From the human T2T-CHM13v2.0 reference genome, Homo sapiens, in the NCBI RefSeq assembly GCF_009914755.1, contig NC_060925.1: 64,000 nt of DNA; one strand, 5' to 3'. Numbering within the stretch: the stretch's first letter is position 1; each line of letters starts with the position of its first letter. Below, piece by piece: positions 48,885 through 63,709 of the stretch. The translations under genes were made by a program, and so were the position numbers. The notes beneath the pieces are model-generated. The model saw only the letters and a list, made by a program, of their open reading frames with translations, did not search any database and was not told where the DNA came from.

Positions 48885-49690
<806 letters not shown>

Positions 49691-50219
49691 TTATCACTAG
49701 GGAAGGCTGATGTGGTGTGGAAATTATTACATAAACAACATTTATTTTTAAAGGATATTTAGCTCTCTCTACAACAAACCTGTTATGCAACCATGTTTCA
49801 AGGCACAATCCATTCGCCTAGAGATAGGTCCCCAAACTGTAAGCATTGTATCTACAATGAACTATAACACCACAATAGTGCTAACATACAAACTCAAATC
49901 TATACAATTATGAAACTGATCACAAACTTTGGGGGAGGGAAACGCGCCTAGACCTTATGATTCAAATAAAACAGCTTACTAAGGTCGCTAGTAAGAATCA
50001 AGAAGATAAAGAGAAACTAGACTTGGTGATGGCAGTTATAACTAAAGGAAGATTGAAAAAAATCAGCTCACTCTTAATGACCACAGGTACTGGAACTCAA
50101 AGCCTGCATGTTCACCCTACATTACACAGCAATGAAGAACTTCCATTCTAGAGTCAGTCCTCAGTTCAAAATCTGGCTAATGTATTCATGATTTGAACTC
50201 GGACAAGTTATTTCACCTC

Positions 50220-50511
50220 TTTTTTTTTTCTTTTTTCTTTCCTTTTTGTCACCCAGGCTGGAGTGTGGTGGCACGATCATAGTTCACTGCAACCTTGACC
50301 TCTTGGGCTCAAGTGATCCTCCCACCTCAGCTTCCTGAGTAGCTGAGACCACAGGTGCATACTACCACACCTGGCTTATTTTTAAATTTTTTTGTAGAGA
50401 CAAGGTCTTGCCACGTTGCCCAGATTAGTCTCAAACTCTTGAGCTCAAGTGATCCTCCTGCCTCAGCCTCCCAACGTGCTGTGTTTACAGGTGTAAGCCA
50501 CTGTGCCCAGA
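50220..50511 (-). mobile_element. AluJ inserted in a MIR
   Basis: TSD-like ATTT(T)CACCTCTTT; MIR core on both flanks. Confidence 0.9.
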
Positions 50512-53419
50512 CTATTTTCACCTCTTTGAGCCTGTTTCTTCATCTGTAAGATGGAAATGACATGAGTACTTACCTCAGAGTAGCTGTGAGGATTAAATAA
50601 GAATTAACGTTATGCTCTAGCATGACAATTATCATCTATGAGCACTCAATAAGTTGTAATTCCAATTATTATTATGCAATAAACACTACCGTTTCTAATA
50701 CAACTCCATCTCTTCTATTTCAGGAGAAATGTTGTCTTATCTTCAGTTTCTTTATTGTCAGGAGCTATTCCTCTGGGGACTGTGATCTCATGGGGGAAAG
50801 GCACCCACATGAGAAAAGCAAAGAAAATAATGTAGTCTACAATTCTGGTATGCATATCCTTGGGGAAACAGGAAAAGAGGAATAAAGACGGGACTTTGTA
50901 AGCTAGTAAAGGACAGGAAGTAGGGCAAAGTGTGTGACTAAGAGCGCTGACACACAGTACTTGAGGTTGGGGGAAATAAGAAAAAAAATAAGAATTTAAA
51001 TAGCAGAAGTCTAAGTAAAGGGATGTAAAATGGATGCATTCTCTACAGGAACTTATTAAATGATTAGAACTTTGCACTCTGGAAATATGAAGGCTGAAAG
51101 GAAGGAGTTATGGGTGATGTCATGAGGAGTACAGACAAGATAAACCCAAATGAGCTCATTTCAACATACCAGAACCCCAGTCCCGGGACTGAGATGAAAC
51201 AGAGGATAGACAAGAGAAGCTGAAAACTCAAGAACGTTTGTGTTTAGGACAAATAAAACACTGCAAGCAACTCCAAGACATGGGTGGTGTGTTGTTTCTC
51301 AGTATTTCCAGCAGTGAGTCTAGTATCTCACATGCCATTAACAAACTGGGGTTGAATGAACAAACATATATATTCAAGAGTAAACATACTGGCAGTAGAC
51401 GAGAAGGCTCATTAAAGGTTCTTCGCTAACTGCATGATTCCGTCTCTGGTCTCACTCCTGCCCAAACCACCCTTCACATTGCTGATGTGTTCTTTCTAAA
51501 AGGCGGATCTGATCTCGTTACTCCTAAGGGCTTTAACAGCTCCCTATGGCCTCCACCATAAAGTCCAAATTCCTTAGCCTGGTAAACCAAGCCTTTTGTG
51601 ATTTGATGCCAGCCTACTTTTCAGCCTTATTTCTGCAATGACCCTCCTCAAATGTTCTGCTGTGGTCTTGAAAGGTTGTTTGGAGGTCCCCCCATATGTG
51701 TTCTCTCAAGCAAATACAACCTCACCTTTGCAGACATTGCTTCTGTCTGGCTGAGAAGCTTCCTCTTACCCTGTCACTTTCTCCAGAAAACTTTTCCTAA
51801 CATTTCTAAGCAGGGACCATACTTCTATTATGGTACTAAGTACAATACCATAATTAATGTTTCCATGTCTTTCTTTCTTTAGAAACCTCTGTAGTACCTG
51901 GCCTGGGTTCTCCTCATCTTTGAATCCCCCCAGCTGCTAGAGTGAGGTATAGAAGCTTATTAAATGTTTGTTGAATAAATAAATATGATTGTAGAGGCCA
52001 AAAATAGAAATAAAGCTTAAATACTCAGGTAAACAAAGACAGAAGGATACTAAAAGGATGGGCAAGCCCATCCCTGTAATCAGAAGATTTTGTCATGGCT
52101 TGAAGCTACAATACACCCTTCCAACTGAGCTTTGTTATCATGATCAGAAACCAAATTTTTGGCTGGTTATACAATGGGCCTGACCTAGTACCACATTCCC
52201 TACTTATATTATTCCAAACCATTTCTAATACTCTGCCTTTGAGAAAGCAATTTCATTTTCACGGGCTTTAGTGTCACCATCTTATGTGAAGTAACCTCTA
52301 TTTCAAAATGCCCTAAAAGCCAAGTTCTGCCCTCTTATTCTAATTCTCATTTTCTCTCTCTCTTACTAGGCGGAATGGAAAACTTCCTTGGTAATTTAAG
52401 AATGAGAATAGTCTGAGCCTAAATTTACTGTATACTTTAGGCAAGTTATTATACCTTTATACATCTCAACTTTCTCTTCCTTCAAATATCAATTCTATCT
52501 AGGAGGCCCCAGGAAATAAAGAAAGGTAAAACCTACACAATTCTTATTATGTACCTCACATTATTAACCTGTTTAATTCTATAATTCTTCGAGGTAGGGA
52601 CTGTGATTCTCCCCCACTATACCCAAGAAGACTAGAGCAGAGAGAGTACAGATGGAAGGCGGCTGGGAAGTTCACAGCTCATGAGTGGCAGAGGCAAGGC
52701 TGGAACCCCAGCATTATGGCTCTAGTGTCCCTGCAGTGAACCCTTACCTCCAACTGCCTCTCTGCAGGCCAGCGGAAGATACTGTGCTTGGAACATAACT
52801 CTAGCACATTGAAGTATTAAAGGGCTTAAAAAGTATATACTTTTTCAAACAAATGCAAGCCTTATTTGTAACTGAAAACAAAATAAAAGTGGGAAGAGAA
52901 GGAATGGAGACACTGAATGGTAGGCTTCAGATATGGGACAGTGTTCCATATTTCAATCCAAATGCATTTTACAGCCAAGATTTTAAGACCTGAAACCATC
53001 CATCCCGTACAGCTAAAATAAGAAGGATCTCATGATTTTAGCCATCAAGGAGACGGATGTGTCCTACACTGGTACTATATCTAAAATTAAGATGACACTG
53101 TCACTAGATGAACATCTACTTTGGGGTATGGCTTTATGGACCAATGAATTAGTTTTTTCTCAGGAGCAGCAACCAAAGAATAGAAATAACAGAAGATACA
53201 CTCCTGTTAAGCTTTTTGTACAGAAGCAGAATTTTATTTCTAGAAACAGCATTAAATATTTAATTAAGTTCACATTACCCTATACTAAAAAAATTAATTT
53301 GGGGCAAAACTTGGAAGAACTAGGTGTAATGCAGTACTTTCAAATTATCAACTGCTTATAATTGTATTTCCTTCTGGACAATGAAAATACATATTTTTTA
53401 TTTAGAAAGTGCTGAATAA

Positions 53420-53739
53420 GGCCGGGCACATGACTGATGCCTGTAATCCCAGCACTATGGGAGGCCGAGGAGGGCAGATCACGAGGTCAGGAGTTCAACA
53501 CCACCCTGGACAACGTGGTGAAACCACATCTCTACCAAAAATACAAAAATTAGCCGGGCATGGTGGCACACACCTGTAGTCCTGCTATTCGGGAGGCTGA
53601 GGCAGGAGAATCGCTTGAACCTGGGAGGCGGAGGTGGTGCAGTGATCCAAGATTGCACCACTGCACTCCAGCCAGGTCGACAGAACGAGACTCCGTCTCA
53701 AAAAAAAAAAAAACAAAAAAAACAAAAAACAAAAAAAAA
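53420..53739 (+). mobile_element. Alu (AluSg-like)
   Basis: TSD AGAAAGTGCTGAATA. Confidence 0.95.
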
Positions 53740-56399
53740 GAAAGTGCTGAATATTTGTTGAGTAAATTAATACTATTATAGAGATTGATTCATTAATACT
53801 ATTTTAGAGATAGATTCATTTCCAGATGGTTCCTTAAAACGAACGGGTGCCTTATAATAGTCATCATTTGTTCTGGAGAACTTACTCCTCAAGTCTCTTG
53901 AAAAGTCTAAAGCCACCTTTATCTGTACCCATGGTTTCTACATCTTTTCTTCCCCCATTAGAAAGAGAACAGAGAAAGATCAGGTTACATTGCTTCTGTG
54001 GGCCTGTAAAAATTCCTGCGAGGTTCTCTCTTCTGTCAGGAAAAGTTTCCCTAGCAACCATATTTACACACTCACTCAATTCCCTCCCCTCCTTTGATTC
54101 ACTGGTGGGTATAAAAATTAATTTGCATTGATTTGCTGAAGCTTACAAGTTAATCATTCTAATAGACTCACAAAATTTTAGACGCTGGTCTCTGCCCAAA
54201 ACTTGTTTCTCAAAGGGCCTGTTCACTTTCTTTAGAAATTTGAATGTAATTATCTTCAGTTTAAATATTTTTAAATACATTTAATATGTATTCGGAATGT
54301 TTCTGGCTTCAGGTAGAGAAAATAATATTTTTCTAAGGGCATCTGGCCTATATTATTAGTTAGGACGATCAAGAAACAAAGAGATACTTTAGTTCTGAGT
54401 AAGCAAGGAGTCAGATTCTTATCCAGCCATAATAAGGCCCTGGAAGATAAAAGTCAAGGACCAAAACAAAAAGTCTGGGTCACATGAAATGATGAATCAG
54501 GCCTAAGATTCTGGGTGATCAGAGGTCAGGACCTGGATAACAGGAATGGGACATGAATTATCAAGAATTGAGTTTCATTAATTCATTCACTAAGTATTTG
54601 CTGTGCAGCTACTAGGGCATGGTGTCGGGAAAAGAGCAGTGAATAAGCCAGACACAGATGTACCCTCATAAAATTTAAGAGTCAAATATCTGAATAGTGA
54701 ACAAATGTTGATTTTATTATTGAACCAAGTATCTTTGGACTAGGGGTGCTCACTGTATAATTTCCTATAAGGGCCAGAATTGGTTTCAGACTAGGAATGG
54801 CACAGAGACCTATAGATAAAGATAAATTCAAGAAGTCTTCACTGGAGTAGATAAGTTGGCAAGTCAAGCAGTCTTGGACATATACAACGTTTCTTTACAT
54901 TTAACCTTCAACAACGATATATGAGCCTATCACAGGAAACAAGGCTGGATACTTTGCAATATACCTACGTTTTATAAAGAATAAAGTGAAAGCCGATAAA
55001 GGTATGAGTTATTCTTAAGCTCTTTTAACAACCATTTACTGAGCATCTGTGACATTCAAGAAATAGTTTTAGGAACTGAAGTTAAGGGTATGAAAAAGAC
55101 ATGGTCCCTAGCAATTATAACAATGTGGTAAATGCTATAATGAGATGCTGAAGTACGAAGAAATATCAAAGAGGAAGATTACTAATTCTTAAAAAGCAAG
55201 CTGGGAAATGCCTTCTGAGAGGTAATGCTTGAATTGAGTCTTAAAAGATAAGTAGAAAATTTTGTTTTAAGCTGGTAAATGTTGGGGTAATTTGTTACAC
55301 AGCAGTGGATAACTACTACAGTGCCTTATGGAGACCATGCCACAGCATAACTAGGAGACTATGGAGAAGACCCAGCCCAGCCATGTAAACTGTGTTTCAT
55401 GATGTATACTGCAGTTTATATTGGACATCTCTTCATATTTTTCTTCTCACGTTTTCTTAGGCTTACCTGGTCCATGTTGGGCATAGAAAATGAGAACAAA
55501 CACTCTGAACGGGGATGAGACAGGTAATGGGAGGAGGCAACACAATCTCAGTCTTGTCTGATTTCCCCCACAAAGGAATCCAGGTTGGTTGGCGTAGGAC
55601 TTGGTCAAGTGGTAAGTGTCAAGTGATGTCAGGACTTGGTCAAATCATTACTCAGAGAGACCAGAAGTGAGAGGAGCAAGAGGATGAGTAAAAATTGTTT
55701 CTGAGAGAACCATAACCATGAAACCCAGAAAAACCTAATTGGTTCTCAGTTCACTAATCACTTTCCTATTTCTTTCCTAAAGCCAAAAATGAGAGAAAAT
55801 AGAAGTTTCTGTTTTTCATGATTCATGTGGGTAGATGAAGGAACAGAGTAAGCAACAAAGGCAGGACAGAACAGAAGCATTCCAGACAATGGTGGCAACC
55901 AGTGGGGTTCAAAGCTGCTGGGGGGGGGTCCATGGTTTGAGGGTCAAAGGGTGGCATCAACGTGGTTAAAAAGGCACCAGATGAGGGCAGACAAGTTGTA
56001 GTGTACCTGTTCCACTCCAATTTCTGTTTCAGTACGTTGAAAAATGGTCTCCATATCTTCCCATGAACAAATGGGTATACCTGACTACAAAAGGAATAGA
56101 AATGAACTTGTGTTGTATTTAAACTGGGAGTAACAATAGCATCAGGACTATAACTCTCTCCAGTAATACCCTCAAAACATGGTGGATGAGTTTCCAGAAG
56201 TCAGTCTAAGTAAGCAATTCCTTGCCTCTTTATTCTCTATTCTCTTCATATTGACTGGGCATTTCCTTTTGCCCTTCACACCAGCAAACTCACAGAGTCC
56301 AAAATGAGGGGACCATAGGAAAGTGTGATTGTGCAGCATGACATAGCAAGGACTTAGGCCACCTACCCAAACCAAAGGCCACAGCACAAAATGCTTTCC

Positions 56400-56453
56400 T
56401 ACCTTCAGGAGGTAGTACAGATACCCTCAGGAGGTAGTACAGATACCTTCAGG
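56400..56453. repeat. 22-bp tandem repeat, ~2.5 copies (TACCYTCAGGAGGTAGTACAGA)
   Basis: Units at 56400, 56422 and 56444 (partial). Confidence 0.9.
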
Positions 56454-56632
56454 CAGAACTGGGTATATAATTTGTGGGGCCTGGTGCAAAATGAAAATGT
56501 AGAACCCCCTTGTTAAAAATCATTAAGAATTTCAAGACAGCAACAAGAGAGTATTAAACCAAGCATGGGGCCCCTCTAAACACAGGGCCCTGGGAGACTG
56601 CACAGGCTGCATACCCACAAAGCTGGCCCTGA
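56454..56632 (-). mobile_element. MER45A (hAT-Tip100)
   Basis: Full-length match to remembered consensus, CAG...CTG termini, degenerate 8-bp TSD CCTTCAGG/ACTTCAGA. Confidence 0.8.
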
Positions 56633-56989
56633 CTTCAGAGACAGTATAGCATGATCCTTCAGGAAAGCTTTAGAGTCTGAGCTGGATCCAAATCCCATCT
56701 GTGCCACTCATTAGCTATGTGACCTCTGGCAATTTACTTAGTCTTTCCGTGCTGCCAAGAGGTTGTGTGGTTATAATCTGGTGCTGGGAAGATTAAATGG
56801 GATAATGAACAGAATGTATACAAAGAGCTTAGCACGATGCCTAGCACATAGTGAGCACTCAATAAACGACAGCTACACTATTACTGTTCAGTGAAACATT
56901 CAGGTAGTTATCAAAGCAGTAAGTTTAAGAAATGAACTGCTGACTTGCTATTAAGGATATGAAATAAAAAGAATAATATTTTAGGTCAA

Positions 56990-57610
56990 CGAAAATAATG
57001 AAGCAGACAGGGAAAATTAATCTTCCGCTTGACTGTGCTGCCTTCACTAATCACTTTTCTATTTCTTTTCTTCCTTTCATTGCCAAACATACAAAAGGTG
57101 ATCCGCATGCTGTCTCCACTTCTTATCGGCATCTCATGCCACAGTTCTCTCTCATGTGGCTTTTCATATCCCCATGGCCACCCCCGCCACTCTACTGAAG
57201 CTATCATTTTCAAAAAGTTACCAATGACCTTCTGTTTACTAAGTATAATGAATGTTTCCCACTCTTTCTGTACAATTTCAAACTGCTGACGAATTTCTGC
57301 AGCTCAAAACTTTTTCTTCTCTTGACTTCTGTGATACTACACTCTCATGGTTAATAGCGTGTCTAACTGGCCTTGGCATCTGTCAGGTACACAACAAATG
57401 GTGGTGAATAGAATGCATTTGTTGGATAAATACATTAGATGGTTCTCTTGCTTCTTTTCTTATTTTCTACCATACGGACTCCATGCCTTCTCCCTCCCTC
57501 CCTAAATGTGGGATGTATCTTCAAGCTTCAGTCCTTCATCCTCTATTCTATTTCTATGCTGTTACCAGCAGTGAACTCAGCTAATCATATGGCTTCAATT
57601 ATCACCATTT
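56990..57610 (+). mobile_element. L2 fragment
   Basis: ccccgccactctactgaagct...ccaatgacctt; ggcttcaattatcacc. Confidence 0.65.
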
Positions 57611-60577
57611 TTTTTCTTTTCTCAACTCCTATAATACCACGCATTAAGCATCTCAAAAAGGTACTAAATGACTGCTATACATTTGTGATTTCATTTAGTC
57701 CTCACAACTATATTGGGTAGGTGGCATTATTACAGATGAAGAAACTGAAGTCAAAGTCATGTAGCAAGTACCTGGTAGAACTGGGATCCAAATCTTTGTT
57801 TAGCTGAGAATAACCCCCATACTACACCACCACTCTCATTTTCCTGTCTCCTCCACATCACAAATACAGGATAGTATTTGCACACAAGCAGGTGTTCAGT
57901 AAATACACTGACTGAGAAGATTGCTTAAATACCGCCCATGATTTTCCAGCACTTACAGTATCATCAATCTTAGCAGACCGTATTAAGCATGTCACCCCAG
58001 TGACACCTTCTTTACACGACTTGATCTGTAATATAATTCAAAACAGGAAATTTGCCAAAAACTCACCATAATCCATTCTAAAAATAAATGTGGTCTAAGC
58101 AAAGCAAAAAGGCCTTTATCTGATTCAAATATTAGAAGAGTTTTGGGGATGAGGTCCACTTTGCTACTCTGGGCCCAACCTTGCTCAGCTTCTAAATGAT
58201 CAGGAAGTAAAAATAGGCTGGCTAGTTGATGGCTAATGAGGTTAAATGGACTATTTATAGTTCTAGAGATAGATGCTAAGACAGCAGAATGGGATTTTCT
58301 CTGCTCTGTTAGCTAAGACCTCATTAAAAGAAGCCCAATGCATGAGACATGGGTGGAAACTGGGATGAAGAGAAGAGGATAATAGTAAGGAGGGAGGGTG
58401 AACAGAAAGGAGGAGGCATTGGAAAGCCTATGGAGGGCCTGGCCCAGTCTGGCAGATCCACCGCTGTTCTGCACAGCTGGCACCATGCAACAGTGGGCTC
58501 AGCTGCATGTGCACGATTCATGGTCTCAATCCTGGACTACTTGCCCTGACCCATCTCACACTCCAATCCTCTCTTAATCCAGATCCTTCCAGCTTCTGAT
58601 CTTACTACTTATTTCCCCAGGTCTCACAAATTTGACATTCAGCATTGCTTCCCTAGTTATGGTCATGTATTCTCTTTTTGTATGATTTAGATTTGCCCCT
58701 CTCAGATGCTGCCTCTAGTGCCAAACATTATGCCCAGTTTCAGGCCCTCTCCCTTGGAGCAACTGAAAACTACTCCTATTCAACCTCCACATGATGGACC
58801 CTTACTTGGGAAGATATGGGTGACAAAGACCAGGAATGAGGCTCAGAAAAACTGATGAGGGGAAAATATGGGGGAGAAAACAATAAGAAAAATATCACTG
58901 GACAACTGTGCTGGGAATAAGAAATTCTAGGCTACTTTTAGAAAGTTACATTACAGAGGAAGGAAAAAAAGCCATAGTTACAATAGAAAGCCATTCCCTA
59001 GAGATAACATATTCTTTATGTGGCTGCATTCGCTGTTCCCCCGCTTTGGCTGCCTTTTCAGTCCTTTCCAATTTTCTCTGCAAGGTAAACTCCTATTTAT
59101 CCTTCAACACCTTGCTTAAATGTGTTCTCTGGAAAGCCTTCCCTGGTCCTCTCAGACAGCTAATTGTTCCCTCCTCTGTGCTTCCAAAGCCCTTTGCATT
59201 CACATCTATTATGCTGTTAATCACTTTTACTAGCAATTTCATTTGTTTCTCCTACCACTTCTTTCAGGACAAGGACTAATTATCTTATTCATCTTTGCAT
59301 CCCCAAGACATAGCAGAGTGCCTGGCATATGCCAAGTATTTGTTGTTGGGTGATAAAAGACATCAAGAGCAACGTGGAAGTGGAATTTGCACTTCACTTG
59401 CAAAATCAAATTGGTTTCTGGTACTTTTCAATTGTAACCGCATTTTCTCTTGATTTAGAAGGAACGACTTTAGACTCACAAAAGAAACTCTATTGATATC
59501 ACGGGCGCATTAGCCGATTTTTCATCCCCACTGGTGATAGAAATATTTTTTACCCCACACTTCCAAGAAACTCCCAGGGCAAGCTTAGTATCAGTGGCGC
59601 ATCTCTCCTCCTACCATTTCTATTGTCGCAAAAGCTAAATTACACTGTGAGCCTAAAGCTGCCACCAGTCTTAGTGAATTGGGGGAGGGGGATAATTACA
59701 AGAAGACACTTCTGTAGCAGACCTGGGGAGGGGGGAAGATGAATTTAAACCTCGCCTTATAAGAAATTTGTTAGACACTCACGTAGAACAGCCGCTTCCT
59801 CCGTGTATGACAGACCCGATCCAGGTGTCCAGCAGCGACCTTTTCCCATGGGTGTCAGGTCATCACTCAGCACAGAAAACAAGGGACCAGCGCCTTTCTA
59901 GGGCATCCCTCCTTCTCCAACCTTGGGGCCCGCTTTTCCTTTAGACGACTGTTCTCTCCTCCCAGTTCCAGCAACCCCCGGTTCCCTCTGCTGGTGCCCC
60001 CCACGCCACGCTTGACTCTGGGCCGAAAGTGCCAGCGGCTGCGCTGTCACGCCGCGGCTGGGGAGCGGGCGCCCCGGTCAGGCCCGACGCCCGGGTCTCA
60101 CCGCACTCTGCGGGACAAGCGGAGCAGGCGCAGGCCGCGCAAGACCACGGGCTGCCGCGGCGCGGGCCTCTCCGCAGGAGGGGGGTCGGTCCCCGGAGAA
60201 AGCGAGTCACTGACGGGACCTTGGCCCGTTCCCGTTCCGGTTCCCGTTCCCGGCAAGCCTCGGCCCCAGGCTCTCCGCAGCCCTCCTCGCTGCGCGTTCC
60301 CGGCCCGGGGGCGCCGCGCTCTGCCGGTCGCCGGCCGGGACTGCGGGCTCCCAGCGCGGGCCCCACGCCGCGGACCAGGGGTCAGGCCGCCTGCCGCCCG
60401 CCTGTCCGTGCCCATGGCAATGCCCCGCCCCGCGCGGCCCGTCCCGGCCGAGCGCTCCGGCCCGACCGTGACAGCTGGGTGCCCAAAGGGTTAAGCCGGC
60501 AGCGCGGCGGCCGGTGTCCCCCGCGCGCTGCCCGTCAGCCGCGAGCTGGCCCCAGCGCGCACGCGCCCGCCCGTTAC

Positions 60578-60695
60578 CTGCGGTCGCCTCCGCGCTCCTC
60601 CTCCACCTGGCCGCTCTCTCCCGGGGGCCGCCCCTCAGCCCGCCCCCTCGGCTCGGCGCCGCGCACCCTGCTGGCTGCTCGGACGCTGCCCGCGG
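60578..60695 (-). other. PHC2: Probable non-coding exon 1 of PHC2 (5' boundary approximate)
   Basis: Donor CAG|gtaacg at 60578/60577 inside the only CpG island. No ATG in the exon. Core promoter motifs lie immediately upstream on the minus strand. Confidence 0.75.
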
Positions 60696-60710
60696 AGGAG
60701 GGGCGAGGGC

Positions 60711-60841
60711 GCTATTACCATATATTAGCATACCAGCGCGCGTCACGTGGCCGCTCCAGCCAATGGTCACCCTAGAAGGGCGGGGATTGGGCGGAACACG
60801 CCTTAGTGCTGCTCCCAGCCTGAACCGGTGGCCATGGCAAC
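60711..60841 (-). promoter_or_regulatory. Proximal promoter motif array
   Basis: TATA-like/POU-like ATGCTAATATATGG (60718-60731, minus strand); E-box GTCACGTGG (60742-60750); CCAAT boxes (60760-60764, and inverted at 60786-60790); GC boxes (60778-60785, 60789-60794); RFX-like GTGGCCATGGCAAC (60828-60841). Confidence 0.7.
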
Positions 60842-61828
60842 GGGCGGGTGGGCGGGGGAGTGGGGAGGTGCCGGAGCCCGGTGCCCCCGGGAGCATCTCC
60901 TCTACCTGAGCGCCACATGGCGACCACGCGCAGTTTTCCCACCTTGCGGATGGAGAGATTTGTCTCAGCCAGAGAGATCCAGATTCAGCCAACATTTATT
61001 GAGCACTTACCACGTGCCTTAACACTTTGCTGCAGAAAGTGATGTCTGTCCTATTAACCCCACTAGATAGTAGGGAAAGTGGAGGCTCAGAGAGGTTAGA
61101 TCATTCGCTCAAGATCATACAACAACATTAAATGGCAAAAGTGGAGATCTAAGATCATTTTTGACTTCAGACCCGGGACAATCGCCAGTTTTTTCAAATC
61201 CAGCAGGGGTCTCCTAGCACCTCCTCACAATTTCAGGTGTGCTGTGCAGTTGAGAAAATCCTTGTACATAATTTGTACAGCGTTTTACTGTTTCCTTACA
61301 GTGACCTTTGAGATTAATAGGCAGAATAGTTATGCCTGTATTACAAAGGAGAGAAAATGAGGCTCAGAGAGGCCATGTGACATAATTTAGGTCAAACAGC
61401 TATTAAGAGCTAATGCTGAGTTACACTGATTTATACTGAAGCTCATTACTTTAGAAACTTTTAAATTCAGTCTTCTCAACATGGTGGAATTACTGTGACC
61501 ATTCTATGGATTAAGAAACCGAGACTTTGGGAAGTTAAGCAAATTGCCCAACGTTATACAGCTAGTAAGTAGCAGATTTAGGGTTCAAATCCAGGTTTAT
61601 CTGGCCCCCAAAGCTAGTCTCATTGTATCAGATTTATTTAATTTAGGATTGGACTTAGAATCCCTTCTCTAATAGAATTTTGTCTCCTCTCAAGATATGA
61701 TGGTGTTACGTCTTAATCCCACAGCAAATATACCTTGTGACAAGTGACATGTGTTAAGGTCACAGAGGCTATATATTAAGAGAATAGAGTCACCAGGTAG
61801 GTAAGGGGCACTGTAGAATTCTCTGTCT

Positions 61829-62164
61829 TTCCTTTGTTTTTTGTTTTTTTTTGTTTGTCTGTTTTTTGTTTTTTGTTTTTTTTGAGTCCGATCTCGCTCT
61901 TGTCACCCAGACTGGAGTGCAATGGTGCGATCTTGGCTCACTGCAACCTCTGCCTGCTGGATTCAAGCTATTCTCCTGACTCAGCCTCCTGAGTAGCTGG
62001 GATTACAGGCATCTGCCACCACACCCGGCTAATTTTTGTACTTTTAGTAGAGACAGGGTTTCGCCTTGTTGGCCAGGCTGGTCTCGAACTCCTGACCTCA
62101 GGTGATCTGCCCGCCTTGGCCTCCCAAAGTGCTGGGATTACAGGCATAAGCCACCGCGTCCGGC
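61829..62164 (-). mobile_element. Alu (AluS-type)
   Basis: Full-length Alu; TSD includes CTGTCTTTCC. Confidence 0.95.
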
Positions 62165-62276
62165 TTATGCCTGTCTTTCCATTTTTACCTTAGGGATTTG
62201 ATAGTTTAGCTAAAGGCACAGTAGTTTAAAAACACAAACATCTGTGTACAGACTTGTTTAGCTCAGTGATTCTCTA

Positions 62277-62559
62277 ATTTTATTTATTTATTTATTTTTT
62301 AGAGACAGAATTATGCTCTGTCATCCAGGCTGGAGTGCAGTGGTGTGATCATAGCTCACTATAACATTGAACTCCTGGGTTCAAGTGATCCTCCTGCCTC
62401 AGCCTCCCGAGGAGTAGCTGTGACTACAGGCATGCACCCCAACACCCGGGTAATTGTTATGTTGCCCAGGTTTGTCTCGAACTTCTGGCCTCAAGCAATC
62501 TTCCTACTTGGGCTTCCCAAAACTCTGGGATTCACAGGTGTAAGCTACCACATCTGGCC
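62277..62559 (-). mobile_element. AluJ, internally deleted
   Basis: Diverged Alu lacking the middle linker. Confidence 0.85.
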
Positions 62560-63709
62560 ATGGTTCTCTAACTTTAATATATTTATGGATTACTGGACAG
62601 GGCTCTGTGCCTCAAACTAAATGTGCTAAACTTTATAGACATTTAAAGGGATCATCAAAGGTAATTTTGAATATACGTACATTTCACCTTCCTAGACTGC
62701 TTTAAAACCCAATTTCCTCCTAAAACATGACTGGTGCTTAAGAGCACAAACATAGAAGCAGACCTGCTTGGGTTAAAAATCCTGACTTGGCCACTCATTG
62801 ACTGTATGACCTTGGGAAAGTTACTTAAACTCTCTGTGCCTCAATTTCCTCATTTGTAAAATAGGATAGAAATGTTGTGAGAATTTAATGACTTACTGTA
62901 TGTGTGTATATATATATACACACACTTAACTTCCCAAAGTCTCGGTTTCATATATATATATATATATAAACGTTTCATATATAGGCCCCGGCCCAAGGAT
63001 AAACCCTCCATAATTGATAGCTAATGTCATTTTTGTTATTATCCCAGGAGTTTTCCTAGGAACAGACAACCCACATGTACACAATATCTCAAGGCTTCCT
63101 AGCTAGCTTTGGAATTCTGAAGCTGCCTTCCTTCCCTCGTGGCATATTAAACAGCCTGTTGTGCTGCTGAAGGCTTGTTATCTCTCCAAATGACATTCTC
63201 TCTTCTTGGGATCATAAATAATTCCTGCACTCAAAGGAACTGGTTTCTCTTGCACATCTCCTAGCACCAAATTACTGGAGTTGCTCCTTGCAGAAGGGGA
63301 TCTTGACAAACAGTGGAGTCATAAGTCAGGCTCCTTGAAACACTTTTATGAGCGCCTTAATGAGGGAGATGAGCTGTCATCAGGAACTCATCCCATCCTT
63401 CCTGACCACAGGAAATGAGCTTTTTGTGCTCAAAAGGTTTCCAAAGCTGAGGCGCAAAGAGTTTTCAGGAAGTGGGCCAGGGATGAGAAGTTGTTGACTC
63501 AGAGAATCCCAGGGCTAAACAGCCCCCATCCTGCCATTCACCCTAGAGGGTCAAATGACTCATGGTCTTATTGCAGCAATAGCACCAAAGGGTGGTGTGT
63601 GTATGTGTGTGTGTGTGTTTGTGTGTGTGGTGTTAATCCTCCCCACTTCCCCATATGTGCACACTCCAACAGCCAACCTATTACCCCCTGACAAAAAGAT
63701 ACTGCAGAA

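Larger units (their letters stand above)
59990..60950. promoter_or_regulatory. PHC2: CpG island, PHC2 promoter
   Basis: Very high GC and CpG density against CpG-depleted flanks. Confidence 0.93.

Noticed and set aside
59941-60995. Several long overlapping Arg/Pro/Gly-rich ORFs
   Set aside because: Stop-codon scarcity in a CpG island.
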